Made by a program: the position numbers and the translations under genes. DNA of 64,000 nucleotides from Octopus sinensis (taxonomy: Eukaryota). The stretch lies in NCBI RefSeq assembly GCF_006345805.1, contig NC_042998.1:27280001-27344000 (forward strand), given 5' to 3'. Positions 24,304-39,341 of this stretch are shown piece by piece; position 1 is the first letter of the stretch; each line of letters starts with the position of its first letter. Below the pieces are notes generated by a model. That model was not told where the DNA came from. It saw nothing but the letters and a program-made list of their open reading frames with translations, and searched no databases.

Positions 24304-27190
24304 TACGGGGGGGGGGGTGTATGTGTTTGTTTGCATGCACTTCTGTATATATACACACATGAGTGAGCTATTGCCTACATTGTGTATGCTGAAGATAATA
24401 ACTATTCACCAGTCGGAATTCATCTTATGAATTCCATTTGCCAGAGATGAAATAGATCCAATTACAGCAGTCATAGGAAAGGTTCTGTGTAGATTGCTTA
24501 AGAAATTTCAATTAAACATATTTTTCTTTTTTATGCTTTTTGTTTAAATTTTTTTTTTCTTATTCATTCTAACTTACACAGAACAACTATGATTCTTTTA
24601 TGTAATTCCTCAAACTGTTAATTTTCTGAGTAATTTTACTTCTTTTTTTTTTTTAACTAAGGATTGTGTATTGTGATACTGTAAGAATTTAAGCTTTTAG
24701 AGTGTATGGCTTAAAGCCAACATATTTTCCAATGTAGCAAAGTGCTCTGACATTTATAGAATTTTCTTCAATATAAAAATTTCATATGTATTTTCATGTG
24801 ATAAGAATTATTGATTTAATGAATCTTTTCTGAAAATACTTTTTATCTTTTGTTCTTTTTGTTAAAATACTTAATTACATTTTGGAATGTGGCATTATCA
24901 ATGATATGAGCTGTGAAGCAAAGCCAATTTTCACATTATCATTTGAAAAATACTTTATTTTATAAAATATTTAATAGAACAACTTCCTTTTTTTTCTTCT
25001 AATATATTATTTGATACAGTCCTGGATTTTTTAATTTTATTTTTTTGGTTTTAGTCGATATTCCATAAGTTTAAAGATCAAAATGCAAATTAAATGTCTA
25101 CCTAGAAAATTATAAAGGAATAATTTGCATTGAGGTGTTATTGGGAATAAAATTCCTTCCTTTTCTCTTCTCATTCTGCTATTTGAAAACTTATATTTTG
25201 AATTTCATATCAAAGCTTATTTGCCAGGTAAATTGAAAACAGTCCAGCATTTATCATTTAAAAAGAAAATGGATATCTCTTCTCTAAATAAAACACAAAC
25301 CTTAATGAAATGAAACAGAGAGAAATATCAGCTCTATGAAATCTTTTTTTTTGTTCTTCCAAAATGTCAGAGTAATCTATTTAGTTTTCTGCTACTACTG
25401 TAGCTTGAGATTATAAAGCTTCCTATATCACTAAAAAAAAAAAAAAATTCTCCAGTTTTTTTCTCTTTTGTTTCATTTGCTAACAAAGAATGGTTAAGCA
25501 GAAGGTATTATTGGATTCAGATGAACATCAGTTGGATATATGAAAAACATGCTATAGGTATATGAAATGTCCTCTCACTTTTGTTGGTGGTCTTCATGAT
25601 GAGTGTATATATATATATATATATATATATATTTTAAGAACATTAATCAGCTTTCAAAAATAACTTTTTAGGGTATTAACATTTAAAAGCTATCTTTTGT
25701 GTGGTAGCAAAAATATAGGAATATCTAAGATAAATTATTTTTTTTCCTCTCTAATTCTGTTATACGAGGTGGTGTTATTGAATTCTTTGTTAATAATTTG
25801 TTATTTTTGCTATATTTTTTTTTCTCATTTGCATATGTTGAAGATTATATTTATTTATTTTTATTTTTATTTATTTTAATTATTTTTACATTTCCAATCC
25901 CCTTATGAACGTAGCATTTAGCAAGTCCTAATACTTCTCTGTAGACAACCAGTATAACAAAGAGCTTTTGTATGAATTTAGAATATGCCTTTTATTTGAT
26001 TGTTGCATTTACTGAATTAGGAAAAGCTATCATGTGAATGTCACATTTTCAAATAAAATGGAGTTTGTACTCAATTCAATTCGTAATCCTACTATTTCAG
26101 TATGTTGTTTATTTTATTTTATTTATTTATTTTTTTGTTTAAAGGTTTTTATATATACATATAATGATAAAAAATTTCTAATACATAATTTTCAAAATTT
26201 TCTCATTTTTAGCTTGAAATTTTTTTGCTTCTACATTTTAAAACTAAACTAAAAAACAAAAAGAAACTAAATAATAATAAAATAATAATAATAATAATAG
26301 AATCAAGTTATTTCCAATAACATTATTTTTCAATACTTGGTTCATTTTTAATTTTTGAACTTGCTCCGATTCTAATTATCTTTTATTTGTTGCTGATTAG
26401 AAATTGCATTCATTTTTCTGTAAAATTTGATTTTCATTAATTGACTGTATTGAGATGAATAAGTTTCAATTTTCCTTTCGTTTGCAATCTGAAAAATATT
26501 GATTACTTCACCCGGAGTGTCTATCTTTCATCTTGTTTACTTAATATTTTGTTGGGTTTTTTTTTTTTTTTATGTTCTTGCCATCATTGTTGTGGTTAAA
26601 CTTTTCATTTCTAAATTGAAGGTAATATAAAAACATCATCAACTAATTATTGATATATATTCGTTTCCTTAAGTTAACTCTCATTTATTCAAATAAAGTT
26701 TCTCTCGTTTAATGTAACAGGAGTCATAACTTTCTTGTTTCTTCTGACTTTAAAAAAAATCTTTTATTTCTTCCTCCACTTTATATTCTCCAGTTTAATT
26801 TTAATTGTGGTGACCACAATCAATTTATTTTAGTATATTTTCAAAATTTAGAATGACAGAAACATTTTATTTAAGGGATTTTCACAATTTAATTTTGTTC
26901 ATTTACCATTTTAACTCTTTAGAATTCAAATTTTTCTGTTAAATGTAATGTTTATTTATTTACATTTTTTTTCAATTAATCATGTCTCATCTTCATAGCT
27001 TCAAGATTTTAATGATGAATTTTTTATATTTTGGTTTTTTAAATGACAGTGTAATGTAAGGTAGGGTAGGGTTGGGTATGGTCAGAGGGTTAGACATTTT
27101 TTTTTCCCCATCTATTTTACCTATGGACTGCTCTGATCCCTATTTTATCCCAGTGGATCTCCACACCCCACCCTGATCACCATTTGATGT

Positions 27191-27420
27191 TTAACCCTTT
27201 CATTACCAACCCACCTGAAACCGGCTTTGGTTCTGTCGTACAAATGTCTTGTTTTCATAAGTTTTGAATTAAAATTTTCCACCAAACCTTAGTCACAATT
27301 TATGTTCCTGATACTAGCTTAATGATAACTGAGTTATTTTACTAAATTCTTTGTTATATTTAAAATTAATTGAAAGAAACACAGAGCATCTCAAAATAAA
27401 TATGGTAACAAAAGGGTTAA
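27191..27420 (+). mobile_element. piggyBac-like MITE family D
   Basis: ttaaccctttt...aaaagggttaa; TTAA on both sides. Confidence 0.85.
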
Positions 27421-28455
27421 AGATTACTTTTATAGACATTTCTTTCAAAATTCTTATTTTGTTTATCACACATTAACTTCTGCAGGTTGAACTATATGAA
27501 ACAGAAAGAAATCTAGTTTTTTCTTGCAATAAATACATGTAGCCAAATTTTGTAATGGACCTTTTAAAATACTACTGTTGGTCCCCAATTTACTAGTTTA
27601 CTTGTGTAGACCTCCAAAAATCTTACATGAACCAGACCTCAGTTGAGATCCACCAGGTTAAACAGTCACCTCTTCATTAGATTTTTAAAAGTAGTCTATG
27701 AGAACGCCTCTCCAACAGCTGTTGATATAACCTTTTTGATTTGTGATTACCATACCAATAGTTTATATATGTCTTTGCTTTTTTTTATTAAATTCTGTCA
27801 TAGCTTGTCTTCTTAAAACATCAGTTTTCAAAAAAAAAAAAAGAATAAAGTTTTACTGGCAACAAAATAACTTGTGTGCAGACACACACACACACACACA
27901 CACAGACACAGTCATTCTGTAATTATATTTAGTTATGATTGACTTTTTGTAACTTTACTTCATAACACTTATTATTTACAATTAAGTTTGAATTATATTC
28001 ATATTTTCAAATAATGGAAATGCAGGAAATTGAATTTTGAAATCATTTAGAAGAAATTTAAGCTCTAAAAAAACCTCAAAATCGTAAAATTGATTTTGAT
28101 TAATTTTGGTTGTTGCAATGGCTGGCTCCATTTTTCTTTCTTTGATATTTATCATAAAGCTAAGGCATCAAGCTAGCAGAATTGTTAGCACATCAGGAAA
28201 AATTCTTACTGGCATTTCTTCCATGTTTACATTTTGATTTTAAATTCTGCCAAAGCCAACTTTGCTTTTCATCCTTTCGGGGACGATAAAATAAGGGCCT
28301 GTTGTGCATTGGGGGCGATGTAATTGACTTTGCTCTTGTACCAAAATTTGAAACCAATATTTATTCTAAAGCTTTTTGTTGTAATCTTTTATGATACCAA
28401 TTCACCAAGAAATTTATCTGGTTCTAAAGATATAAGAAAAATGCTTCTTTTAAAG

Positions 28456-28950
28456 CAACAGTTCAGTTCTCAACCATTTTCCCCTACTGACTCCTTTTGA
28501 CTCCCATATTATTCGGGTGGATCCTCAAAGTCATTTGATGTTTTAAAAATCTTATATTATTTTTATAATTAGATAATTAGATATTATTAGGAATTGTGTA
28601 AAAAAAAAAAAAAAAAAATTGTGTATTGTAAAAGTATATAACCAGTTCATTGCTGATAAATTTTAACAACAGAATTTTATATGGGCCCTTAACCCTTTCG
28701 TTACAGTATTTATTTTGAGATGCTCTGTGTTTCTTTCAATTACTTTAAATATAACAAAAAATTTAGTAAAATAACTTAGTTATCATTAAGCTGGTGTTAG
28801 GAACATAAATTGTGACTAAGGTTTGGTGGAAGATTTTAATTCTAAACTTATGAAAACAAGACATTTGTACTCTGAGCCAGAGCTGGTTTCAGCCGGGTTG
28901 GTAACGAAAGGGTTAATGGAGTCATGTGGACCACCAGTTGAGAATCACTG
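28456..28950. mobile_element. hAT-like MITE with a family D MITE (28689-28916, -) inserted at TTAA
   Basis: Perfect 8-bp flanks ttttaaag (28448-28455 and 28951-28958); right TIR gttgagaatcactg; left TIR partly rearranged (cagttctcaacc). The inner element has gtaacgaaaggg/ccctttcgttac TIRs and TTAA on both sides. Confidence 0.7.
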
Positions 28951-30549
28951 TTTTAAAGCTTCATATTTAGATTTAAAAACTCTTCCATCCAGGAAGGATT
29001 ACATGTAAGAACTTATATTCTCTTCCAAAACCAGCTTAATAATGGAATTCTTGGTTATTTTCAAAATTTATCCAAAATTGATTGATAAAAGAGAACAAGT
29101 AAAAAAAAAAGTTAAATTGTAGAATAAATTGTTTTTGACGTTTTTTTTCTCTTTTTGAAAAATTTGTAATTTAGACACAAAGGCAGCAATTTTGAGAGAA
29201 AAGAGTTAATAATCATTTCTACTCTAGGCACAAGGCCTGAAATTTTTGGGGAAGTGGGGCCAGTTGATTAGATTGATCCCAGTACGCAGCTGGTACTTAA
29301 TTTATCGATCCCGAAATGATGAAAGGCAAAGTTGATTTCGGTGAGATTTGAACTCGGATGAAATATCGCTAAGCTTTTCGCCTGGCGTGCTAATGTTTCT
29401 GCCAACTCACTGCCTTAATGGAGTTAGTTAATAATGTTGAATCTCTGTATGAGACTGGTTTTATATTTTAATCAACTCTGAAAGGAGGAAGATCAAGCTT
29501 GATAGGTTATTAGTGACAAGAACAGTATCAGTTGAAAATAACAATTTGTGTATCATAACTGTGTCTTTAAAAGGAGCTTTACTGAGACAAATACTGCAGT
29601 TTAGAAGGCTTTAAATAATGTGTCTGCTATGAGTATGATACACAGATAGCTAAACTTGAAAGAATTTGAGCTGAGAGCTGGAACAATTGCCTGAAGACAT
29701 TTATTTTCTGTTGTAAGATGATGCTTGGCAATTCACCAAAACTTTTGAACAGAAATTAAAAGTGCTAAATTTTTTCTTTATTTATTTAAAAAAAAAACTT
29801 TTTTGTAAAGTATTATAGACTTTTTACAAAATATTGATAATTATTTTACCATGAAATATTTTAAAACAAAATGTGATGAAAAAAAATCTTATTTAAAAGT
29901 TTTTCCCTTTTTATTTGAAAAAAAAAAAAAAAAAAAGAAAAGATAAGAAAAATTGTAAATCTCCCATCCCACTTTAATATTAACATTAAAACATTTCAGT
30001 ATTTCTCTATAAATATATACTTTAAATTTCCCTGCAATTTTCTTTTTATTGACCAAAATTGTTTTACTAACCTAGTTTTCAGAGCACTGAATTTATTTAT
30101 GCCATATGTTTCTGAAGTAAAAAAAAATGTTTTATGTACAACTGAAAGTTTACTTTATCAGTCATTCTACTGCTTCCTTCTTTCTTTTCTCCTATAAGTC
30201 TAAACCTGTAATTATATCAGCGATTCAGTTACTAAAAGGCTTATGTTACTTAGACACTTTCCTTTTCTTTTCATTAGTAATCTGTGTGCAATGAATATAG
30301 AAAATATATTTCAGTTATGTCAGATGCAGGGTGTAATGTGAAATAATTTAAAGACTCATTTTGTATCAAGTTATATAAATACACATGCATATAAATATAT
30401 ATATATATAATACATATGTATATATATATATATACACACACACACAAACATGCACGCACACATGCACTCATGGAGGGCGAGTATGAGCTTGGGGGGATCT
30501 TTTTTCAACTTGTAAATTTTTTTACAATTTTATTTTCAAACTTTTATTG

Positions 30550-30707
30550 TTTATGTATGTGTATACATATATGTATGTGTGTGTATATGTATCTGTGTGT
30601 GTGTGTGTGTATATATATGTGTGTATATATGTGTGTGTGTGTGTGTGTGTATATATGTGTGTGTGTGTGTGTATATATGTGTGTGTGTGTGTGTGTGTAT
30701 ATATGTG

Positions 30708-30742
<35 letters not shown>

Positions 30743-30776
30743 ATATATGTGTGTGTGTGTGTGTATGATATTATAT
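30550..30776. repeat. Compound (GT)n(AT)n microsatellite
   Basis: Repeating atatat(gt)n units; source of the C/V/Y and H/T ORFs. Similar arrays at ~34155-34270, 37340-37535, 44395-44505, 61820-61885. Confidence 0.95.
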
Positions 30777-31805
30777 GTATAAAATAATACATGTTCTGGT
30801 AGATTCATCCATTCAAAAATCGGGCAATGATAAAATGATAGATAATTTTGTAGATATTTTTTCCTTGGCAAATAACTTTCTGAATGCCTGAACCACACAT
30901 TAAATTAATCAGATATGCATTTTAATTTTTTTTGTCTTAGAAACCCATAGAAAAATGAACATTAAACTAGTGATATTTGTTCGAGCATGATTGAAGTGTA
31001 TTTCGCTATCTTTTAAATGTTTTCAGTATCCAGGAATTTTTTATTTTTTTTAGAACTTGATAAATAAGATTTAAGGATATATGATATTTTTACGTATTTT
31101 TTTTTATTGGGTGTTATATCTTTCCTTTGGAATATATTTTGCACTTAAGCATGGTATATGTTTCCAGTTTATAGAAATAGAATTTGCCTGGTGAAACAAG
31201 AACCAATTAACTTCTAAGTAGTGCTTCCTTGTTTTATTTCTTCAATTTTTAGATTGTATCATTGATGGAATAAAAAAAACAAACAAAACAAATCAAATCA
31301 CATTTAACTGAAATAACCTAGTAATCATGCATTACAAAACCAGGCTATTAATTTCCTCATATTACCATTTTTTTTTCCTTCTAAATGTAGTATTAAGAAA
31401 ACTTTCCAACATTTTATTTTTCCTTATGAAAGCCATGAAGATAGATTTCATTTATTTATGGTTGTGCATTGTTCCAAATGTTGGTAATATTATTTTGAAA
31501 TAATTAAAATGAGTCAAACAATTTTTGTCATACCTTTTATTATATTCACTACTCACCACTTCACCCACCCAATGCCACCACCATCCCACCACCACCATCC
31601 CGCCACCCCTGCCAAGCTATTTGTGTTAAAACCTGCTCAAACTCTGTATCTACTTCCTCTCAGCAAGCTAGTTCTCAATAATCGACTACAACTGCAATTT
31701 TTCAATCAGCTGTTATTTAAATCAAGTCTTTAGTGTGTATGTAGTAATAATAATAATAATGATAATAATAATATTTAAAGCAATTATTAGTAAGATATTT
31801 TACAA

Positions 31806-31848
<43 letters not shown>

Positions 31849-34200
31849 TGAAAATTTATGAAATATTACTTAGTTTCTTATAGCTAATTAGGTGGGTGGG
31901 AAAATGATAATGTATGTTTACACACATATATACATTCATATATATATATATGTATGTGTGTGTGTGTGAGTATCTATATGTATTTATGTGTGTGTAATAT
32001 ACATATGTACATACATACACAGACATGTATGTGTGAATATATATATATATAATCTCCTTTTGTAAACACATTTTATCTCACTGACAAAAGCAATTTCCTC
32101 TTGGTCTCAAGTTCCCACATTTTTCAATCTTTTCCTGCCTACCGAGAGAACATTCATTATTTAGACTTATCTATTCTTCCTTCTATAAAATGTTTAAAAT
32201 GAGCCAATATTAATTTGATGGTAATCTTTAATAAAAAGAAAAAACAAAAAAAAAGAAAGCAAAAGTTGTTTTTTAAAAACTGAAATACAAACCAATTATC
32301 AATTTTCCTATTAATTGCCCTAAATATGATAGCCATTTCCTTGAATAACTGTAGAATGTTAAAATTACTTAGGCATGATACTATCCTCATATATACATAA
32401 CTGATAACAACTATGCTATCTTTCCTGCCTGCCAATTTCTCTTAGTCAGTAGGCACACATTTTTTTTTCTTTCTTTCTCAATGCTTTCTCATAGCATTCT
32501 TTTTAGTAACGATAGATGGAAATATGTCGAGATATTTAAGCATATATTGAGCATTTTTTCTTTTTTAATACTTTTACATCGTTGATACTTGCAGAGATCT
32601 TTTGTGTTTCTTGTGTAGAATTATTGATTACAAAAGTGTGAAGTATAGTGTTTAGAATTACAGCTGAATAGAATTTAATAAATTACTATGTTTTTCTTTC
32701 TGTTTGTTTTTCTTTAGCCAGGCTCTATTGATAGCTTTTATTTTTAATACAAAATTATGTTGTTATAAATACCTAAGCAAACCAGTCAATGAATACCTAA
32801 GGGAAGTAACTTTAATATGTGATACGGACGAGTGTAAATATTTTTCTTTTCAGTTTAATTTCAAATATTTTTCAATTTAGTTGGAAAGTAATATATTGTT
32901 TGTTATTTTTGAAAATCGTTTTATGTAATTCTATTATGGTTGTAAGGTTTTTAAGACTAAATAAACGTATAGTATAATTTACCAAATCAATTTTTTTAAT
33001 ATTATCGTAATAATTTTTTATTTAATTCTGGATTATGTTTGAATTATGAATTTGTAACTTAATATCACATTTTAATTGGTAATAGCAAACCTTATTTTAT
33101 TATTTTATAGAATATTAATATTCTTATGAATTTTTATATTCACAATTATACATCAAATATCATTGTTTGTCAAATGTCTTGTGATACTTCAAGCATCTAA
33201 TTTAAATTTGATAAACTTTAAAAATTTTGTTTAATAAAAACAGTCTGGAGTTGGTTTCATTCTGTCTGTAGACATATTTCAATTGTTTTTTTTTCTTCTT
33301 CTTCTTTCTTTGATCATATCAGTAAAATATTTTTCACCTTTTAGAAATAGATGATAGTTGATACTTAGTGACTCACCATTGAATCACTGTATGTGTAATT
33401 AAGATATTATGATTACATAAATTGAGATTTTAATTAGTTTTTAATTGCATAGAAATAACTCTAGATAGTCTTATCTTACTGGTAGTTTAAAACTTTATAA
33501 ACTCTGAGTAGGTTAAAAAAAAACCCCAAAAAAACAACTTAGTTTTCAGTTACCATTAAAGTTAGAAAATTTTAAGAAAAATTTACATTGATTCACATTA
33601 AGCACTTTCTTTGAAAATAACTACATAGTTTGTTTTTTTCCCCTTATTTTTAGGTATGCGAGTTTATTTTTTGTTAGGTCAGCTGAGTACAATTTCTACT
33701 GCTAAGTCTGTCCCGATGCAATCACATTTAATTATATAGACTCCACATTTTATTTTAATGAGAAAGATTCCGTATATTTTTTTTCTTCTTCTTTATACAG
33801 AGTTAGATGTTTAATTTAAAATAATTTTGTATAAACATTTTGTTTCTGCGTTCATTTTTTTTTTATTTGTTAAAGTGTTTTTTCAGGCCATTTTTTAAAT
33901 TTATTTATTTGTTTGTTTATCTTGTGGAGCACTTGGATTTATATACATGCCGCCGTTTCATTTCAATGCCTTTTGCTTGTGTGCTATTGAAATGTTATGA
34001 GCTCACACCAACCTCCTTTGCAAATTGGTTGTTCAGAGTTCTGCTGCTGTGTTGTTGACCTACTATTTCATTTCTATAAACTTGACAGCAGGTATTGGAG
34101 ATAATCTAGCAAGTCATTTTATATTCAATTATTCTCAGAATAGTTATCTTTATGTACACACACACACACACTATATATATACACACACACACACACACAC

Positions 34201-34244
<44 letters not shown>

Positions 34245-34432
34245 CACACACACACACATATATATATAAACAACTTATAAACAAGGGCAAAAGAAAAAAA
34301 TTTCTAATGCCAAATATGCTGAAAATAGAGCCCTTGTTTATAAGTTGTTTATAAATTTAACCTTTAAAGGTATTTTTTAATATGCTGGCCAATGATAGGA
34401 TTTTTTTCAAAAAATTTTATTCTATATATACA

Positions 34433-34475
<43 letters not shown>

Positions 34476-35756
34476 TGTGTGTGTGTAATGTTGACAGTAA
34501 TTGTGGAAAAGCTGTGCCTATGCATACACCTTTGTGTCAATTAGTTTTATTTAAAAAAATATATTCAAAATACAAACCCAGATCTATATTTTAATATCTA
34601 TGGAAATCCAGGTGTGAATTAATTCAACAACAAAGTTGATTATTGCTATAATTGTGTGTGACACATGCATATACATACACGTGTGTGTGTGTGTGTGTTA
34701 ATGTGATTTATAATATTTGTATGTAATTTTTTTTTCTTCTTGTGTAAGCATAAAATGCCTATGTAATCTATCTGGTTTTAAGAGGCTTGCAGATGTTTCC
34801 CCCCTGCTCCCCCACCTCACTCCCCAGTTTCATTTAATATTGAAAGACCACTGTGACCTGTCTCCACTACACCAGGCTGATGTAATGAATAAAGAAAACA
34901 GGCCTGGCTGTGTTATTATGTTTTACAGTTTTAAACATTCTGCTTATTCTTAACACCATTGAAGAAGAATATGTGATATTTTGTTTGATTATTTACATTG
35001 ACAAACAAACAAACAAAAAGAAGAGAAAAAAATCAACAACTTTTTGCCTGGTTTCTTTAAATTAACCAATTACATGCCGTTTTATAGAAATACCTATTTG
35101 GTTGAAAAACAAAACAAATCATATTTGCTTATTTTTGCTATGAAACTGTTCCCACATTTCCTAACTGTCTTTCTCTTCCTCTCACCATTTCTCTCTCTCT
35201 CTCTTTTATCTCTTCCCTTCCCCCCCTTTTCTTAACCTTATCCCTCTCTTCCTGTACTCTTTTGTGAGTGTTCATCTGTATTCCAATCTCTCTCTTTCTC
35301 TCCTGCTTACTCTAACTCTATCACTGTCTGTCTGTCTCTTTGATTGTCTAAGCCTCTTAGTTCTTTTTTTTTTCCCCTTCCTTTCTTGCTCACTTTTGTT
35401 TCAATATTTTTCTTTTCTTTTGTTTTCTCTTATATTTCTCTCTTCTTGCTTAATTTTTTTTTTCTTTTATGGTATTTCTCTAATTCTTCTTCCCTCCCAT
35501 GCAGTGAAGTAGTAACCTGTTTGTCCTTGTAAAACGTAGCTTTGTAGTTGAGATTATTAAAATGCATATATCCCTTTACAAATCTCTGATTATTCAGTAT
35601 GTTAATATATTCTAAGTACATTGTTAGAATACAGGATTTATTTCTGACCCTATTTATGTCTCTTCTTTCTCCCCAACCAACAGGTTCCCCCCCCACACAC
35701 ACACACACTTTCAATGTTTTTTCCAAACAAATCTTGGAACAATTTTTTTTCATCAA

Positions 35757-35950
35757 TCATAATAATAATAATAATTAATTTTTTTATTGGTCACAAGGGC
35801 TAACAAAAATCAAATAAAACTTGTAAGGACAAAACACAGGACAAAAGTTACAAAAAGGGTTTTGTCCCCTTGAAAAGTCCGTGTAAAAATGCAAGATAAC
35901 AACGAAAATATAACAAGTAAAAACTCCCAATTGGAGGAGGTGCTTCGAAA
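35757..35950 (-). mobile_element. 3' end of a LINE-like repeat with (TTA)n tail; longer second copy at ~48361-48615
   Basis: The two segments are colinear (ttattggycacaagggctaacaaaaatcaaataaaac...ggaggtgcttcgaaa), both start with an (AAT)n tract, and they are truncated at different points at the far end, as expected for 5'-truncated retrocopies. Confidence 0.6.
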
Positions 35951-36083
35951 TAATAATAATAATAATAATAACAATTATTATTTCTATTAATTCTACAAAT
36001 TATTTATACAAATTTCTTTTAATAAGAGTTTAAAGTTTTGGGCATTGTGCGTTTGTAGAGTGGATTGGTTCTTGTGTATGTAT

Positions 36084-36752
36084 CTTTTACTCGTTTCAGT
36101 TAAGACTGTGGCCATGCTGGGGCACCACCGTGAAGAATTTTTAGTCAAATGAATCAGCCCCAATACTTATCTTTTTCTTAAGACTGGTTCTTAGTCTTCC
36201 GTATCTTTTGCTGAACCACTAAGTTAAGGGATGTAAATACACCAACACTGGTTGTCAAGCAGTGATGGGAGACCAACATAAAGACACATAGACATAATCA
36301 TCATCATTTATTGTTCATACTGGCATGGGTTGGGCGGTTTGACCAGGGCTGGTAAGCTGGAAGGCTGCACCAGACTCCAGTCTGATTTGGTATGGCTGGA
36401 TGCCCTTCCTAATGCCAACCACTCTGAGAGTGTAATGGCTTGATGGGTCTTCTCAATTATGGCATAAAGCCAAAGGTGTCGATCATTGCCTCTGTGAGGC
36501 TCAACACTCGGAAGGAACTCAGCCACTTTGCCTTTGTGAGGCCCAGTACTCGAAAGGAACATGAGCATTGGGCCTATATATAAATAAATATGGGTTTCTT
36601 CAAGTTTCCACCTACCAAATTCATGCACTAAACCTTGGGTCGGCCTGAGACTATAGCAGAAGACACTTACCCAAGGTGCCACACTGTGGTACTGAACCCA
36701 GAACCATGTGGTTGGGAAGTAGACTTCTTCCCACACAGCCACTCCTGCACCT
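36084..36752 (-). mobile_element. SINE family A with a SINE B copy (~36297-36565) nested in its central microsatellite
   Basis: A tail 36084-36296, (CAT)n-led B fragment, then A head ending ccacacagccactcctgcacc at ~36751. Confidence 0.75.
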
Positions 36753-36839
36753 GTTAAATGAAATTTTGACTTTTACTACAAATTTCTTTAAGAATTAGGT
36801 AATGTTTGTAGATCGAATCAGTCCTAACGAATGTATACC

Positions 36840-37025
36840 CGTGCTTGTGCCACATAAAAAGCACTCAGTCCATTCTGCTGGGTGGTTGGCATTTGGAAGG
36901 GCATCTAGCTGTAAAAACCCTGCCAAAAACAGACACAGAAGTCTGGTGCAGGCTCCTACCAGGCCGGCACCTGTCAATCCATCCGACCCATGCCAGCATG
37001 GAAGGCAGACATCAAATGATGTTGA
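36840..37025 (+). mobile_element. SINE family B 3' fragment (diverged)
   Basis: ggaagggcatctagctgtaaaaac...acccatgccagcatggaaggcagacatcaaatgatg. Confidence 0.65.
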
Positions 37026-37673
37026 TGAAAAAAAGAGGAATGGTAAAGCCAACCCTTTTAGGTTTTAAACTTTGAATATAATAAGACCATATGGAAATAT
37101 TGCTTGGTACTTTATTTGGTACTCTGTACTCTGGCAATTCTATTACTTTTCTAAAATGAAGAATGGCTTCATTCCTTACATTTTAGGATATACATTTTGT
37201 TTGTTTTTTTTACTTCTAGAATTTGATGCAATAAATGTAGTAAACAGTTGCCATATTGATAGGAGGAATTCAGCAGGTCTTCATTTGATGGAATTGGATT
37301 TTCTTAAAGTGTTTTCTAATACTTGACTTAAATACTCTGTTAAGCAGTTGAGATTTTAAGGGGTGTGTGTATATTTGTATGCATGTGTGTATATGTGTAT
37401 GTATGTATGTGTGTATGCATGTGTGTATGTATGTGTGTGCATGTGTGTATGTATGTGTGTGCGTATATGTATGTATATTCTTGAGTATGTACATTTGTGT
37501 GTATATATATGTATTTATATGTATACATGTGTGTATCATTGTTTGAACATCCACTTTGTCATGCTTCATAGGTCAGATGAGACAATATTGGAGCAGATGT
37601 GTGCATGTATAAATATATCATCATCATCATCACTTAACATCTGCTTTCCATGCTGGCATGGGTTGTCTGATAG

Positions 37674-37704
<31 letters not shown>

Positions 37705-38016
37705 TACAAATAATATACATGTGTGTATGTTTTTGAATATACATGCATAGAGATAGAAATATTTTTTTTTGTATTTGCCAAATATTTCTGAGTGTGTGTC
37801 CAGTGTTCTTCAGATACATATTTTTTTCTTTTCTTTTATATACTTGCACATCTCATTCAAATTTAGCTTTGAGAGGTTAGCTTTATTTAACCTAAACATT
37901 GTCAAGTCCCAATTACTACTTGAACTAAGTTTTGGGATTGAGCAGTTGATATCGTGTACGTAAAAGTAACAATTTTTGTATCAACATAAATACACACAGA
38001 CTTTGTATTAGTAATG

Positions 38017-38052
<36 letters not shown>

Positions 38053-38139
38053 AAAGTGAAATGCCATAATAATGTAATCGACTATCCCCTCCCCCAAATT
38101 CCAGGCATTGTGCCTTCAATGGAAAGGGTTACTATTATT

Positions 38140-38705
38140 GAGTGAGCAAGCAGCGCATGCCATCAAAGTGACAGGTGGGTGTACAAATATTTGAAGCCCA
38201 ATCTACCCATCATGACTACCTGTCTGATAAAAGTATACCAGACATCTGCATTACAACCACATGTGCGCGACATGGTGATCTCATATCAAGATAAACAGCA
38301 CATAACCTTGCAGGTGAGGCCCAGTTAGAATTTTCTTCAGGCCCAGTAGCCCATCCCACAGAAAAGGTCCCTGAATAAGGGTTGTTTAAGGATGTACAAA
38401 ACACCCATGTTTACAGAGGTGATTTATTCAAACTTCAAAGAGTTCCTCGCAACATGTGGCAATAATGCTCCCCCACTGCTCATGATCAGAGATGGACATA
38501 TCGTCAGCCACTAAGGGACATGCTCAACTGGTTATGGGTCAAGCAACTGACAAGCAAATCTGTGGTATTGAGCAGAATATTTGCTATAGCCCGTCTTTTA
38601 TACCAAGATAAAACATGTACATGATAACACTTCCAATCAGTTAAGCTCAGAGACCACGAGAACCACTGCCTGGTACTGGATCAGGGCATTTATTATTATT
38701 ATTAT
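38140..38705 (+). mobile_element. GC-richer non-coding retroposon/LINE 3' segment ending in (TTA)n
   Basis: ~560-bp compositionally distinct block ending cagggcatttattattattatt; no ORF; single copy here. I recall it as a common octopus repeat (unverified). Confidence 0.5.
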
Positions 38706-39341
38706 TGAAGGCAGTGAGCTGGCAGAATTGTTAGCACGTTGGACAAAATGCTTAGCGATATTTTGCTGTTCGCTCTGTTCTGAGTTCAAATTCCACTGAA
38801 GTCGACTTTGCCTTTCATCCTTTCAGGGTCAATAAATTAAGTACCAGTGAAAAGCTGGGAGATCAATATAATCGATTAGTCCCCTACCCCCAAATTTGAG
38901 GCATTGTGCCTATAGTAGAAAGAATTATTATTGTTGTGGAAAAACATGATAGCTCAGAGAGAATGTTGTAATGAAAGTCATCTCTTTGACTCTTTTGATA
39001 CCAACCAACCAACCTGTCTGCCTGAGACTGCTGACCTTAATTCTATGATTCAAACATCCTGTTTCAAAGTGATTTGAGTTAAAACCTCCTTTAAAATTCC
39101 ATGTTTGTGTTCCAAACACTAGTTTAATAAAGACAGTTATTTTTCAAAATTAGTTAAACTAAATGCAGTGCATTTCATCAGATATGGTAACTAAAGGGTT
39201 AAAGACCTCACACTTGGGCATATTTTTATTTTTTCTTTGTACAATTTAGGCTTTTGTTGTGGACCCTTTCTGCATATGGTGCAGTGGTTACGGGGAGATG
39301 GTGTAGTGGTTAAGCATGCAGGCTACTAACCTTAAGATTCT

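Noticed and set aside
24415-24435. 9-bp hairpin ggaattcat-ctt-atgaattcc
   Set aside because: This length is expected by chance in 64 kb of AT-rich DNA.
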